The notes under the pieces were generated by a model. It did no database searches. It worked only from the letters and a program-made list of their open reading frames with translations, and was not told the DNA's origin. This document shows positions 56,464-63,523 of a stretch of DNA of 64,000 nucleotides, in pieces; within the stretch, counting starts at the first letter, position 1, and every line of letters starts with the position of its first letter. The position numbers and the translations under genes are program-made. The stretch comes from a virus, in IMG/VR virus record IMGVR_UViG_3300045391_000819, positions 67,722-131,721 of that record; one strand, written 5' to 3'.

Positions 56464-56537
56464 TACCTGTAGAGGGTCTCGAACCCACACCTTATAGTTT
56501 TTGAAACTATTGCGTCTCCCAATTGCGCCATACAGGT
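56464..56537 (-). tRNA. trnL: tRNA-Leu(CAA), short variable loop
   Basis: Loop TT-CAA-AA; A73. Confidence 0.9.
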
Positions 56538-56539
56538 AT

Positions 56540-56573
56540 AAAAAAGAAAACCCCCCAGTTTTTAGCTGGAGGG
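56540..56573 (-). terminator. Attenuator B terminator
   Basis: CCCTCCAG-CTAAAAA-CTGGGGGG followed by TTTTCTTTTTT, abutting tRNA-Leu(CAA). Confidence 0.9.
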
Positions 56574-56603
56574 TCAAGTTAAATCCCGTAGGATAAAACA
56601 TCT

Positions 56604-56672
56604 TTACATACCACTTCCAGCTCTCAGTTCACTGAGATAATACAGACTGGAATATGATAAGCAATTTTTCAT
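56604..56672 (-). CDS. Leader peptide B, MKNCLSYSSLYYLSELRAGSGM (22 aa)
   Basis: Manual translation. Codons 5-14 are all L/S/Y, the amino acids of the downstream tRNA block. Confidence 0.9.
   Translation of the reverse strand: MKNCLSYSSLYYLSELRAGSGM
56616..56622 (-). promoter_or_regulatory. Antiterminator strand B
   Basis: AGCTGGA is the 7-bp complement of TCCAGCT (56564-56570) in the terminator 5' arm and loop. Confidence 0.78.
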
Positions 56673-56782
56673 TTTGATTTCTGGAATAGTTCTTTTACTT
56701 TTGTAAATACCCAAGTCAATGCGTCGATGATGGGTTCTTTAAAGAAAGCACCAATAACAGCACCAATTAATAGGTTAATCAT
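56669..56782 (-). CDS. 37-aa putative membrane peptide MINLLIGAVIGAFFKEPIIDALTWVFTKVKELFQKSK
   Basis: Manual translation; hydrophobic N-terminus; its TGA overlaps the ATG of leader B (ATGA). Confidence 0.7.
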   Translation of the reverse strand: MINLLIGAVIGAFFKEPIIDALTWVFTKVKELFQKSK

Positions 56783-56812
56783 AATTTATAAGGTTTAATT
56801 AAAAAACGAATG

Positions 56813-56844
56813 CAAATATACGGAAAATTTCTGAAATTACCAAA
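56813..56844 (-). promoter_or_regulatory. Sigma-A promoter of tRNA block B
   Basis: TTTG-N20-TATATTTG. Confidence 0.85.
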
Positions 56845-57688
56845 TTCTTCCTCTATTTTTTATTTTTCTATATCTAACTGCTTCATCTGCAAGGTTTCGC
56901 ATCATAGTTGGATTCCTTGTAGCCTTGTGATATTCATTGGCAAGTCTCTCATTTATTCTTGCGTGAGTCTGGCCTTCCCATATTCTAGTCGTATAATCAC
57001 GGCCTACAAATGGATGCCATAGATGGAAGATACAACCTCTTTTAGTCTTGTGTTTACCGTACAAGGTATCAAGTGCTCTAAGCAAAGCTACATCCTCACC
57101 ACCCCATCCTACAAATCTTTCGTCAAAACAGCCAATCGCTTCATAGGCTTCTCTTGGAAATATCATAGCCATAGCTCCATATCTGTGTCCATATCTGCTC
57201 TTATCCCTATGATCGCTTAACATATGATCTTGTGGATGACATATAATGCGTACAGGACATTCAGGTACTGAAGCTAAAATATCCTCAGTTATACATCTAT
57301 TCAAACGATACAAATGACGATAAGGAACGAACCATAAATGCTTGTCAAGATTTTCTAATATCTTATCTGCACATGATTCTACTATGTGACCGGGCAGGTA
57401 AGCATCAGCATCAAGGATAGCTATAACCCTTCCTCTTGATTTTCTAACAGCATCATTAAGGGCTTCACCCTTACAAAATACTCTACCTCTGGAGCGTCCC
57501 ACAACAATTTCTGCTTGTGGAAGTTCAGCTCTCCAGTATCTCATTAGCCACTGAAAGGCTGCTAGTCTCCAAGGATCAGTAGAAGAAAAAGGGATTATAA
57601 TGCTTATTTTCGGTCTTTTTCTAAATATTCTTCTCCTATCTCCTAGTAAAAATTTTCTTAATCTCTTCAAAAACGTCAAAGATTTCAT
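56837..57688 (-). CDS. Glycosyltransferase, GT2/GT7-like
   Basis: ISIIIPF, ILDADAY (DxD), GCFDERFVGWGGEDV. Confidence 0.88.
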   Translation of the reverse strand: MKSLTFLKRLRKFLLGDRRRIFRKRPKISIIIPFSSTDPWRLAAFQWLMRYWRAELPQAEIVVGRSRGRVFCKGEALNDAVRKSRGRVIAILDADAYLPGHIVESCADKILENLDKHLWFVPYRHLYRLNRCITEDILASVPECPVRIICHPQDHMLSDHRDKSRYGHRYGAMAMIFPREAYEAIGCFDERFVGWGGEDVALLRALDTLYGKHKTKRGCIFHLWHPFVGRDYTTRIWEGQTHARINERLANEYHKATRNPTMMRNLADEAVRYRKIKNRGRIW

Positions 57689-58364
57689 GTTGTTTGTCTA
57701 TTATAATGTTTCTATCAATAAGTTGGGTCACGCCAATTTCAAGCTTAACACCTAAGCTTGCGCTATAATCCAACCATTTAAACAATCCACCCTCTTGGTG
57801 GGAGTGACTTAACATTCTTGGTGAGATTTCAATTCGTCTTGGGATATTAAAAGCATCAGCTAAAACAATCCCATGTAAAGACGAACTGACAATTTTCTTA
57901 CATTTTCCTATCTCGCTTATTACCTTCAGCGGATCGTCTGATACCCTAATTATCTTAGGGTTGTATTTTAGAAAGGTAGGATTTTTTTCAAGGGTTTTAT
58001 CTGTCCAATGCGGAACAAGTCCTAGGTCATATTGTTTATCTTCAATTTTGACAAGCTCATCAGCAAGCAGACCGGGATCACCTAATACAAAATTGCCCTT
58101 TAATCCTTTTGCAGTTAATGGCCCACGTAAGGCCAAAATCTTTGCATAAGGTAAGTCCAATTTTGTATTTTCATGCAGTTTACCAGCACCAGCAATTACT
58201 CCATCCCAATATTTTGGCAAATGTTCAAGGATAGAACCGATAACTACTAACTCTGCATAATCTGGATCAGTCCACTGAGAATCCAATCCTGTAAATCGCT
58301 TTATCAGCAAGGAAGAAAGCAAATCGCCAAAATTTCTTTTCGCTTGCCAATAGTATAATCTCAT
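57636..58364 (-). CDS. Polysaccharide pyruvyltransferase family protein
   Basis: NFGDLLS, GSIL, ALRGPLT, GDPGLL, GLVPHW, IVSSSLHGIVLADAFNIP. Confidence 0.88.
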   Translation of the reverse strand: MRLYYWQAKRNFGDLLSSLLIKRFTGLDSQWTDPDYAELVVIGSILEHLPKYWDGVIAGAGKLHENTKLDLPYAKILALRGPLTAKGLKGNFVLGDPGLLADELVKIEDKQYDLGLVPHWTDKTLEKNPTFLKYNPKIIRVSDDPLKVISEIGKCKKIVSSSLHGIVLADAFNIPRRIEISPRMLSHSHQEGGLFKWLDYSASLGVKLEIGVTQLIDRNIIIDKQHEIFDVFEEIKKIFTRR

Positions 58365-58439
58365 CGTCGTTCGTTAAACTTTTAGTAAAGTTACTAATAA
58401 ATGAGATAGGTTCAAAATAGATAATTATTTTTGATGACA

Positions 58440-58895
58440 TTATAAGCGACATAAGTGGTCAGCAGCTTTCGCTGCTATCATGTCGTCTGGCTTTATTCTA
58501 GTCTGGTATCCTAGTGAGTTTGCCCATCCTGTCAAAGCAGGAATCAAGTTAGTAGATTTTGTAATCTTTTTATTGTTATAGTCAAACTCTAATGCTTCGA
58601 TCTTCAATGGAATTTCAGCCACTATCATTTCAGCACACTCAATTGTAAGTTCTCCTTCTTTCCAAAGTCTAGTAAAGATGTCACGGATTCTTGGAATACG
58701 CTGTTTCAAATAGATGTAGTGAGCACCACGCTGTCCGTAACGGAATACAATAGCTGTTACAAATACTGACTTTCCCCCATAATTTTGTGAATCGGTTGCT
58801 ATGTAAATCTTTAGATTGTCCTGTTTGACTTGTTCCTGACAATGTTCTATTACATTTACAAGACCTCCCTCTTCTGTCTTGAAGTACTTTTCCAT
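58440..58895 (-). CDS. RNase H-like protein, YkuK/DUF458 family
   Basis: IYIATDSQ, RLWKE, EFDYN, IKPD..IAAKAADH. Confidence 0.8.
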   Translation of the reverse strand: MEKYFKTEEGGLVNVIEHCQEQVKQDNLKIYIATDSQNYGGKSVFVTAIVFRYGQRGAHYIYLKQRIPRIRDIFTRLWKEGELTIECAEMIVAEIPLKIEALEFDYNNKKITKSTNLIPALTGWANSLGYQTRIKPDDMIAAKAADHLCRL

Positions 58896-58907
58896 TGGTT
58901 TTTATTG

Positions 58908-58981
58908 TGGAGGTGATGGGATTCGAACCCACCCCAAGTTGCTTGCAAAGCATCTTCGCCAACCATAGGCCATGCACCCCC
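58908..58981 (-). tRNA. trnA: tRNA-Ala(TGC)
   Basis: G3:U70; loop TT-TGC-AA; A73; unusual D arm. Confidence 0.88.
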
Positions 58982-58985
58982 GTAG

Positions 58986-59058
58986 TGCTCATACTAAGAC
59001 TCGAACTTAGACTCACCTGAGTATCAGTCAGGTACTTTAACCATTAAGCTATATGAGC
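58986..59058 (-). tRNA. trnI: tRNA-Ile(GAT)
   Basis: Stem CCTGA/TCAGG, loop CT-GAT-AC. Confidence 0.93.
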
Positions 59059-59061
59059 ATG

Positions 59062-59134
59062 TGCTCCTACTCGGACTCGAACCAAGACTCTTGTGGATAT
59101 AAGCCACCTGCTTTCACCGTTAAGCTATAGGAGC
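59062..59134 (-). tRNA. trnI: tRNA-Ile(TAT)
   Basis: Stem GTGG/CCAC, loop CT-TAT-AT; body paralogous to the adjacent Ile(GAT). Confidence 0.88.
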
Positions 59135-59296
59135 GAGATTATGATCTTTAATGGCTTTCTCAAGTCTTTTGTTCGCTTTAATCAATTCCGAGATAGATTT
59201 GAAAGTTCCAAGCTGTCTCAAAACCTCTATGTCATCTACTTCCAAAATCGCCATATAACCTTTAAATTTTCTTTCTTCCGCAGTGATTTGTAGCAT
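59120..59296 (-). CDS. 58-aa hypothetical protein (start corrected; stop inside tRNA-Ile(TAT))
   Basis: The ORF-track start overlaps tRNA-Asp. ATG at 59296 follows the 59320-59350 promoter. Confidence 0.55.
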   Translation of the reverse strand: MLQITAEERKFKGYMAILEVDDIEVLRQLGTFKSISELIKANKRLEKAIKDHNLAPIA

Positions 59297-59319
59297 CTTT
59301 CCCACTTTTACATGATTCT

Positions 59320-59350
59320 CAAATATACATAAGTATACCGTATACCCAAA
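59320..59350 (-). promoter_or_regulatory. Internal sigma-A promoter
   Basis: TTTG-N19-TATATTTG. Confidence 0.7.
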
Positions 59351-59393
59351 TAGGGATACGCCAGCGAATAGTATAAGAAATATCCAAAACAAG

Positions 59394-59470
59394 CCGTGAG
59401 CAAGGGGTTCGAACCCTCCTGATTGTACTCCGTGACAGGGAGACGGCCACTCCAAGCAGCCCCGCCCACG
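59394..59470 (-). tRNA. trnD: tRNA-Asp(GTC)
   Basis: Loop CT-GTC-AC; G73; starts immediately after the stop of the 59471..60838 gene. Confidence 0.9.
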
Positions 59471-60838
59471 TTATTTTATTTTTCTCCAAACTCTATTGTG
59501 AACGATATTAAATAGGTGTTCATATTGATCGTGATTAATTCCGGGTGGTAAAAGTTCATCCACTCCATCACAAACAGATTGAATACCTCTAAAATATCCC
59601 CAAGGCATCGGAAATTTACATGCCGAATCATCTATAACCAGATAGCCTCCAACTTTGAGCAAAGGCCCATAGTTTATAATGTCACTCTGAACGCAGGATT
59701 TCGCATGACAACCATCTATATATAGAATATCCAACAGTAATCCGCTTGCGCTTTCTATAACTTTGGGATCAGTTGAATCTCCTTTCAGTATAATATAATC
59801 AGCCCAGATATTAAACTGGTCATGAATCTTTCTTATATCTGCTTCATAATCACTTTCCCAATTTATTTCAGCAGGCGATAAAGGCGTCACCCCGTATCGC
59901 ATCACTGATTTTCCAGCTAAATTTGCTAGCATACCAATCAGTGAAAGAATTTGACCTCTGAATACTCCGATTTCTAAGAAAACAAAATGTTCAGGCATCT
60001 TATCTACCAATAACTTCCACATCCATTGAAAACTACGTTCTCCAAATCCCCAAGCATTCTGTTCAACCCAATCTCTGTGTGCCTTTAATTCTGGTGAATT
60101 ATTGACCTTCTTTTTAAAAACATCATTGGTTTTAACATTGTATTGCTCAGTAGGCTGCCACAGTTTTATTACTTCATCTATAGAATTATATTCATCATCA
60201 AGTAAATCAATGATCTTAGTCATATCCGTCCTTCCGTTACCATGAATTATAGAAGGTTCGGTTCCAGTATTCTTGTTTATCAATCTACCACTCTTATATT
60301 CAAATTCACCTTCCGCTATAAATGAATAACATTGAAATATCTCGCAGTTATAATCTAAAGTTATATTACCCTTTAGAAATACGTTTGTAAAGAAGAGTTG
60401 GTCATCATCTGCATATCCTACTGAGTATTCTTTAAGTAAATTCAAGAACTTTTCAATAGGAGCCATATAACTACCTGAGTTTAAATACTTATATAAGGAT
60501 TCATTTTCAGGATAACTATTTGCCAAGGTTGGATCAGGCCAGCAATTCTTCTCAGTCGAAAATACTATTTGGTCTTGGAAACGAGCATCATAGATTTTCT
60601 CTATATTCTCCAATCCGTCTAAGAATATTACATCATAAGCATCTACGAAAATAAAGTGAGTGTAGCCTGCAAGTAATTTCAAATATTGTTGTAATAATAT
60701 TATCTTAGTTCCAAATCCCTTCCATCTGCTTTTTTTACCTAAAATTACTAGGTCTATACCTTTGCGTTCTAAACTATATTTTAATCTATCAAGTCCTTCA
60801 TCTTCCTTAGTTGCTACAGTAATTACTACAGTTCTCAT
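59471..60838 (-). CDS. PLOD/LH3-type glycosyltransferase domain fused to a class I SAM methyltransferase
   Basis: N-terminus VITVAT...W.GFG.KI..L...FVDAYDV...FSTEKNCWPD...YLNSG...DDDQLFFT...LD...IFQ...HGNG. C-terminus FLEIGVFRG...ILYIDG.H...D...Y..LLK.GG..V.DD. Confidence 0.88.
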   Translation of the reverse strand: MRTVVITVATKEDEGLDRLKYSLERKGIDLVILGKKSRWKGFGTKIILLQQYLKLLAGYTHFIFVDAYDVIFLDGLENIEKIYDARFQDQIVFSTEKNCWPDPTLANSYPENESLYKYLNSGSYMAPIEKFLNLLKEYSVGYADDDQLFFTNVFLKGNITLDYNCEIFQCYSFIAEGEFEYKSGRLINKNTGTEPSIIHGNGRTDMTKIIDLLDDEYNSIDEVIKLWQPTEQYNVKTNDVFKKKVNNSPELKAHRDWVEQNAWGFGERSFQWMWKLLVDKMPEHFVFLEIGVFRGQILSLIGMLANLAGKSVMRYGVTPLSPAEINWESDYEADIRKIHDQFNIWADYIILKGDSTDPKVIESASGLLLDILYIDGCHAKSCVQSDIINYGPLLKVGGYLVIDDSACKFPMPWGYFRGIQSVCDGVDELLPPGINHDQYEHLFNIVHNRVWRKIK

Positions 60839-61449
60839 GGTTTATATTGATACAGAGCCTTCTTGTCCCTTTTCTCAACTATCTTAAATCCTATATTAAG
60901 TAGGTAATCTTCTATCTTTTGATGGTCATAATATACATCCTGTGTACTTACATCATCAAAACAAAAACAAGCTCCTTCGTTTATTCTAGTCTCGAAAAAT
61001 TGTACTTCCTTAAGAATTGCTTCTACTGAATGTGGCCCATCAAAGTTTACAAACGAATACTTATCAACTAACTTTCTACTAATACTATATACAGGAATCC
61101 CATCTTTATAATAATCAAAAAAATCCAAATCACTCATATTAATGAAAACGAAATGAACGTTCTTATGATTAGCGTATGGATAAAGTAACTGCAAACAATC
61201 AGCCTTCATCGCTTCTGTATAATCCAATCTAACAAAATGATTCTGCTTATGTTCATAAAGCACTGAACCATATGGGTCTATAGCAACTGCTATTTTATTC
61301 GGACAATGACGATGGATAGAATCTATTATCTCTTTGGTTCCACCTCCCATCCTAAGACCTATCTCTAAACAAGCTCCTTCAGTATCTTTGCTTAACTGTA
61401 CTCCTTTATATACTAAGTCGTAATCCCAACTGTCGCCGTGTAGTTTCAT
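60835..61449 (-). CDS. Class I SAM-dependent methyltransferase
   Basis: CLEIGLRMGGGT, AIDPY, FVNFDGPH, FCFDD. Confidence 0.82.
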   Translation of the reverse strand: MKLHGDSWDYDLVYKGVQLSKDTEGACLEIGLRMGGGTKEIIDSIHRHCPNKIAVAIDPYGSVLYEHKQNHFVRLDYTEAMKADCLQLLYPYANHKNVHFVFINMSDLDFFDYYKDGIPVYSISRKLVDKYSFVNFDGPHSVEAILKEVQFFETRINEGACFCFDDVSTQDVYYDHQKIEDYLLNIGFKIVEKRDKKALYQYKP

Positions 61450-62210
61450 TTAAAAGGATTATAGTAAATAGATTGTTTTCCTTCTCTGTAACCTCTTAAA
61501 ACTTTGTGATACTCTTGCCATTGTTCGCCAGCATGATTCTCCTTCCAAGTTTGATATGGTGTACCACCTGCATCTATATGGTCAATATCTATATAAGGTA
61601 GAAACACGTTTATAAAACCAGCGAGCTGACTTCTGACTGATGCAAGTGAATCATCAAATCCGTAAAGTCTAGGTTGATAAAGGTATCCAATTTTGTCAAG
61701 CAATGCTGATGAATACATTTGACATGTTCCCATAACATGATTGACTTTCTCTGCTACCATCCATTTTTCACCCGGTTTATGTGGAAGCATTATGAGTTCT
61801 GATTTGTAAAAATCTGTACGCTCTGGTGATTCCCATAAGTCTTTCCTTTTAAGTCCAACCTGTCCAATTGTAGGCTCTCTTCTAATAGCTTCTTCCATTT
61901 CATCCACCCAATCATAACTATTAACTATTACATCATTATCCATTTTAATACAATTCTCACCTTCTTTACGAAACTTCCAAGCTCTATTTATTGCTTCTGC
62001 TGTTCCAATGTTATGTCCATTTATTAGAATAGTTGCATTAGGAAAATCATGATATAATTGTTTGGTTTCATCACAAGAATTATTATCTATTATAAATATT
62101 CTATGTTTGTGATAATCAATTCTGTCAAAGAGCGATTCTAATGTGCGTCGTGTATATTCCGTCCGTTTATTCTCTTCGGTATCATACACAGCCATTGCAA
62201 TTAATGCCAT
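61446..62210 (-). CDS. Glycosyltransferase family 2
   Basis: IIDNNSCD, NIGTAEAIN, KMDNDV (DxD), YGFDD. Confidence 0.85.
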   Translation of the reverse strand: MALIAMAVYDTEENKRTEYTRRTLESLFDRIDYHKHRIFIIDNNSCDETKQLYHDFPNATILINGHNIGTAEAINRAWKFRKEGENCIKMDNDVIVNSYDWVDEMEEAIRREPTIGQVGLKRKDLWESPERTDFYKSELIMLPHKPGEKWMVAEKVNHVMGTCQMYSSALLDKIGYLYQPRLYGFDDSLASVRSQLAGFINVFLPYIDIDHIDAGGTPYQTWKENHAGEQWQEYHKVLRGYREGKQSIYYNPFK

Positions 62211-62223
62211 TGGTTTTATTTAG

Positions 62224-62296
62224 TACTCCCAACCAGATTCGAACTGGTGTTCTAAGCTTGAAGGGCTTCTGTCCTCGACCACTAGACGATAGGAGC
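62224..62296 (-). tRNA. trnE: tRNA-Glu(TTC), C at position 33
   Basis: Glu-type D arm (GTCTAGTGGTCGAGGAC); stem AAGC/GCTT; loop CC-TTC-AA. Confidence 0.85.
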
Positions 62297-62302
62297 AATT
62301 AG

Positions 62303-62375
62303 AGCGGAAAGAGAGAATCGAACTCTCATGTCCAGTTTGGAAGACTGGTGTAATCAGCCATTATACGACTTCCGC
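62303..62375 (-). tRNA. trnG: tRNA-Gly(TCC)
   Basis: Stem CCAGT/ACTGG, loop CT-TCC-AA; U73. Confidence 0.93.
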
Positions 62376-62452
62376 TGCTTACGGTTTTACACCCACTAGC
62401 AGATGGGTGCTGTGCTGCCACACTCTAGTTGCTAAACCGAAAAAAGCACTCG
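62376..62452 (-). ncRNA. Structured spacer RNA 3' of tRNA-Met with HDV/theta-like helix order
   Basis: GTGCT/AGCAC, CGGTTT/AAACCG and CACCCA/TGGGTG helices; no obvious catalytic C. Confidence 0.35.
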
Positions 62453-62523
62453 TTGCGAGGGATGGAGTTGAACCACCCCAAAACAAAGTTATGAGCCTTG
62501 TCGGGCCACCGGGCCTCCTCACA
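62453..62523 (-). tRNA. trnM: tRNA-Met(CAT), truncated D arm
   Basis: Loop CT-CAT-AA; T1:A72; T-loop TTCAACT. Initiator vs elongator identity is uncertain. Confidence 0.75.
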
Positions 62524-62704
62524 ATATTCTTACACCTGTATCAATAGTCCAAAGGATTATCTTACCTTCTCTTACATTCTCTAAGAGTTTTTTAAGCTCA
62601 TAGACTGAGTCTTTAAGAGGTAGGGATGAAAGCCAGTGTATTAGCTTATCCCTATTTCCTTTGTACTTTACTATACTTGCAACCTTTACTTTAGGTTCTT
62701 TCAT
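62519..62704 (-). CDS. 61-aa hypothetical protein (stop inside tRNA-Met)
   Basis: ORF track; fills the gap between the tRNA-like RNA and tRNA-Met. Confidence 0.55.
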   Translation of the reverse strand: MKEPKVKVASIVKYKGNRDKLIHWLSSLPLKDSVYELKKLLENVREGKIILWTIDTGVRIL

Positions 62705-62705
62705 G

Positions 62706-62857
62706 CTGTAAGGGTAGGATTCGAACCTACATGTGGGGATTCAAATAGATACACAAGATTTTTTACCATTAGTGGTCAACCCGATTATATCTATTCTATT
62801 TCACCATTCCACGCCCCTGAGACAAAGGGGTGCGTCTGCCAGTTTCGCCACCTTACA
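62706..62857 (-). ncRNA. 152-nt tRNA-like RNA with an 83-nt variable-arm insertion
   Basis: Acceptor TGTAAGG/CCTTACA, Leu-like D arm, CCCCT-TTGTCTC-AGGGG arm, perfect T arm GTAGG-TTCGAAT-CCTAC. Confidence 0.75.
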
Positions 62858-62864
62858 ATTTTCG

Positions 62865-62936
62865 CTGGAGTGGAGAATTTCGAAATCTCAACCTAATGCT
62901 TAACAGGCAATTGCTCTCCCTTTGAGCTACACTCCA
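62865..62936 (-). tRNA. trnN: tRNA-Asn(GTT)
   Basis: T1:A72, G73; loop CT-GTT-AA. Confidence 0.9.
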
Positions 62937-63319
62937 TTATGATGTTCTTTTCTATGACAATTTGCACACAAAACTACGCACTTGTCAATTTCTTTTAATA
63001 ATCTTTTTCTTCCCCATGTTGCCATACCGCCCACCTGAAAATCTTTTTTACTTGGATCAACATGATGAAACTCTAAACAAGCAATATGCTTTTCTCCACA
63101 TCTCTCACAGGCTAAATTTCTTTTAAGTTCTCTAAACCATTCTTTTAATCTGTGGTTACTTTCTCTGGCTTTATCTATATACTTTTGTTTATTCTTTTGA
63201 TAATGTTCTCGTATATAAATTTTTCTACACTCTTTGCACATTGATTGGAAACCATTTCCTTTCCTATGGAAATTTGTTTCATTTTTTGGTAGATGACATC
63301 TTATACATATTCTTTCCAT
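62927..63319 (-). CDS. HNH homing endonuclease 2 (start corrected to MERICIRC; stop inside tRNA-Asn)
   Basis: CxxC...CxxC N-terminus, CERCGE..ACLEFHHVDP..K.F...KCVVLCANCHRKEH. The ORF-track start overlaps tRNA-Arg. Confidence 0.88.
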   Translation of the reverse strand: MERICIRCHLPKNETNFHRKGNGFQSMCKECRKIYIREHYQKNKQKYIDKARESNHRLKEWFRELKRNLACERCGEKHIACLEFHHVDPSKKDFQVGGMATWGRKRLLKEIDKCVVLCANCHRKEHHNGV

Positions 63320-63323
63320 AAAA

Positions 63324-63355
63324 CAAATATACATAAAATATTCGAAACTACCAAA
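63324..63355 (-). promoter_or_regulatory. Sigma-A promoter of HNH-2 (probably leaderless mRNA)
   Basis: TTTG-N20-TATATTTG; ATG 4 nt downstream. Confidence 0.8.
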
Positions 63356-63372
63356 TATTTTAGAAACTTTCG

Positions 63373-63445
63373 AAGAGCTGATGTGAGTCGAACACATATT
63401 CTTTGCTTAGAAGGCAAGAGTCCTCATCCATTAAACGACAGCTCC
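63373..63445 (-). tRNA. trnR: tRNA-Arg(TCT)
   Basis: Loop CT-TCT-AA; canonical T arm. Confidence 0.88.
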
Positions 63446-63448
63446 ATG

Positions 63449-63523
63449 TACATCTGAGTAGATTCGAACTACTGGTCTCCCACTTGTAAGGAGGGCGCTT
63501 TCAACCAACTAAGCTACAGATGC
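63449..63523 (-). tRNA. trnV: tRNA-Val(TAC)
   Basis: Loop CT-TAC-AA; T-T mismatch in the anticodon stem. Confidence 0.9.

Noticed and set aside
56252-56601. ORFs 56252..56488 and 56383..56601, and ORFs 54604..54789 and 63509..63718
   Set aside because: They run through tRNA genes or a terminator and are chance frames.
62706-62857. Calling this a second tRNA-Asp(GTC), tRNA-Sec or tmRNA
   Set aside because: Pyrimidine at position 37, Leu-like D arm and 83-nt insert; no UCA anticodon; no tag ORF. Kept as a tRNA-like RNA.
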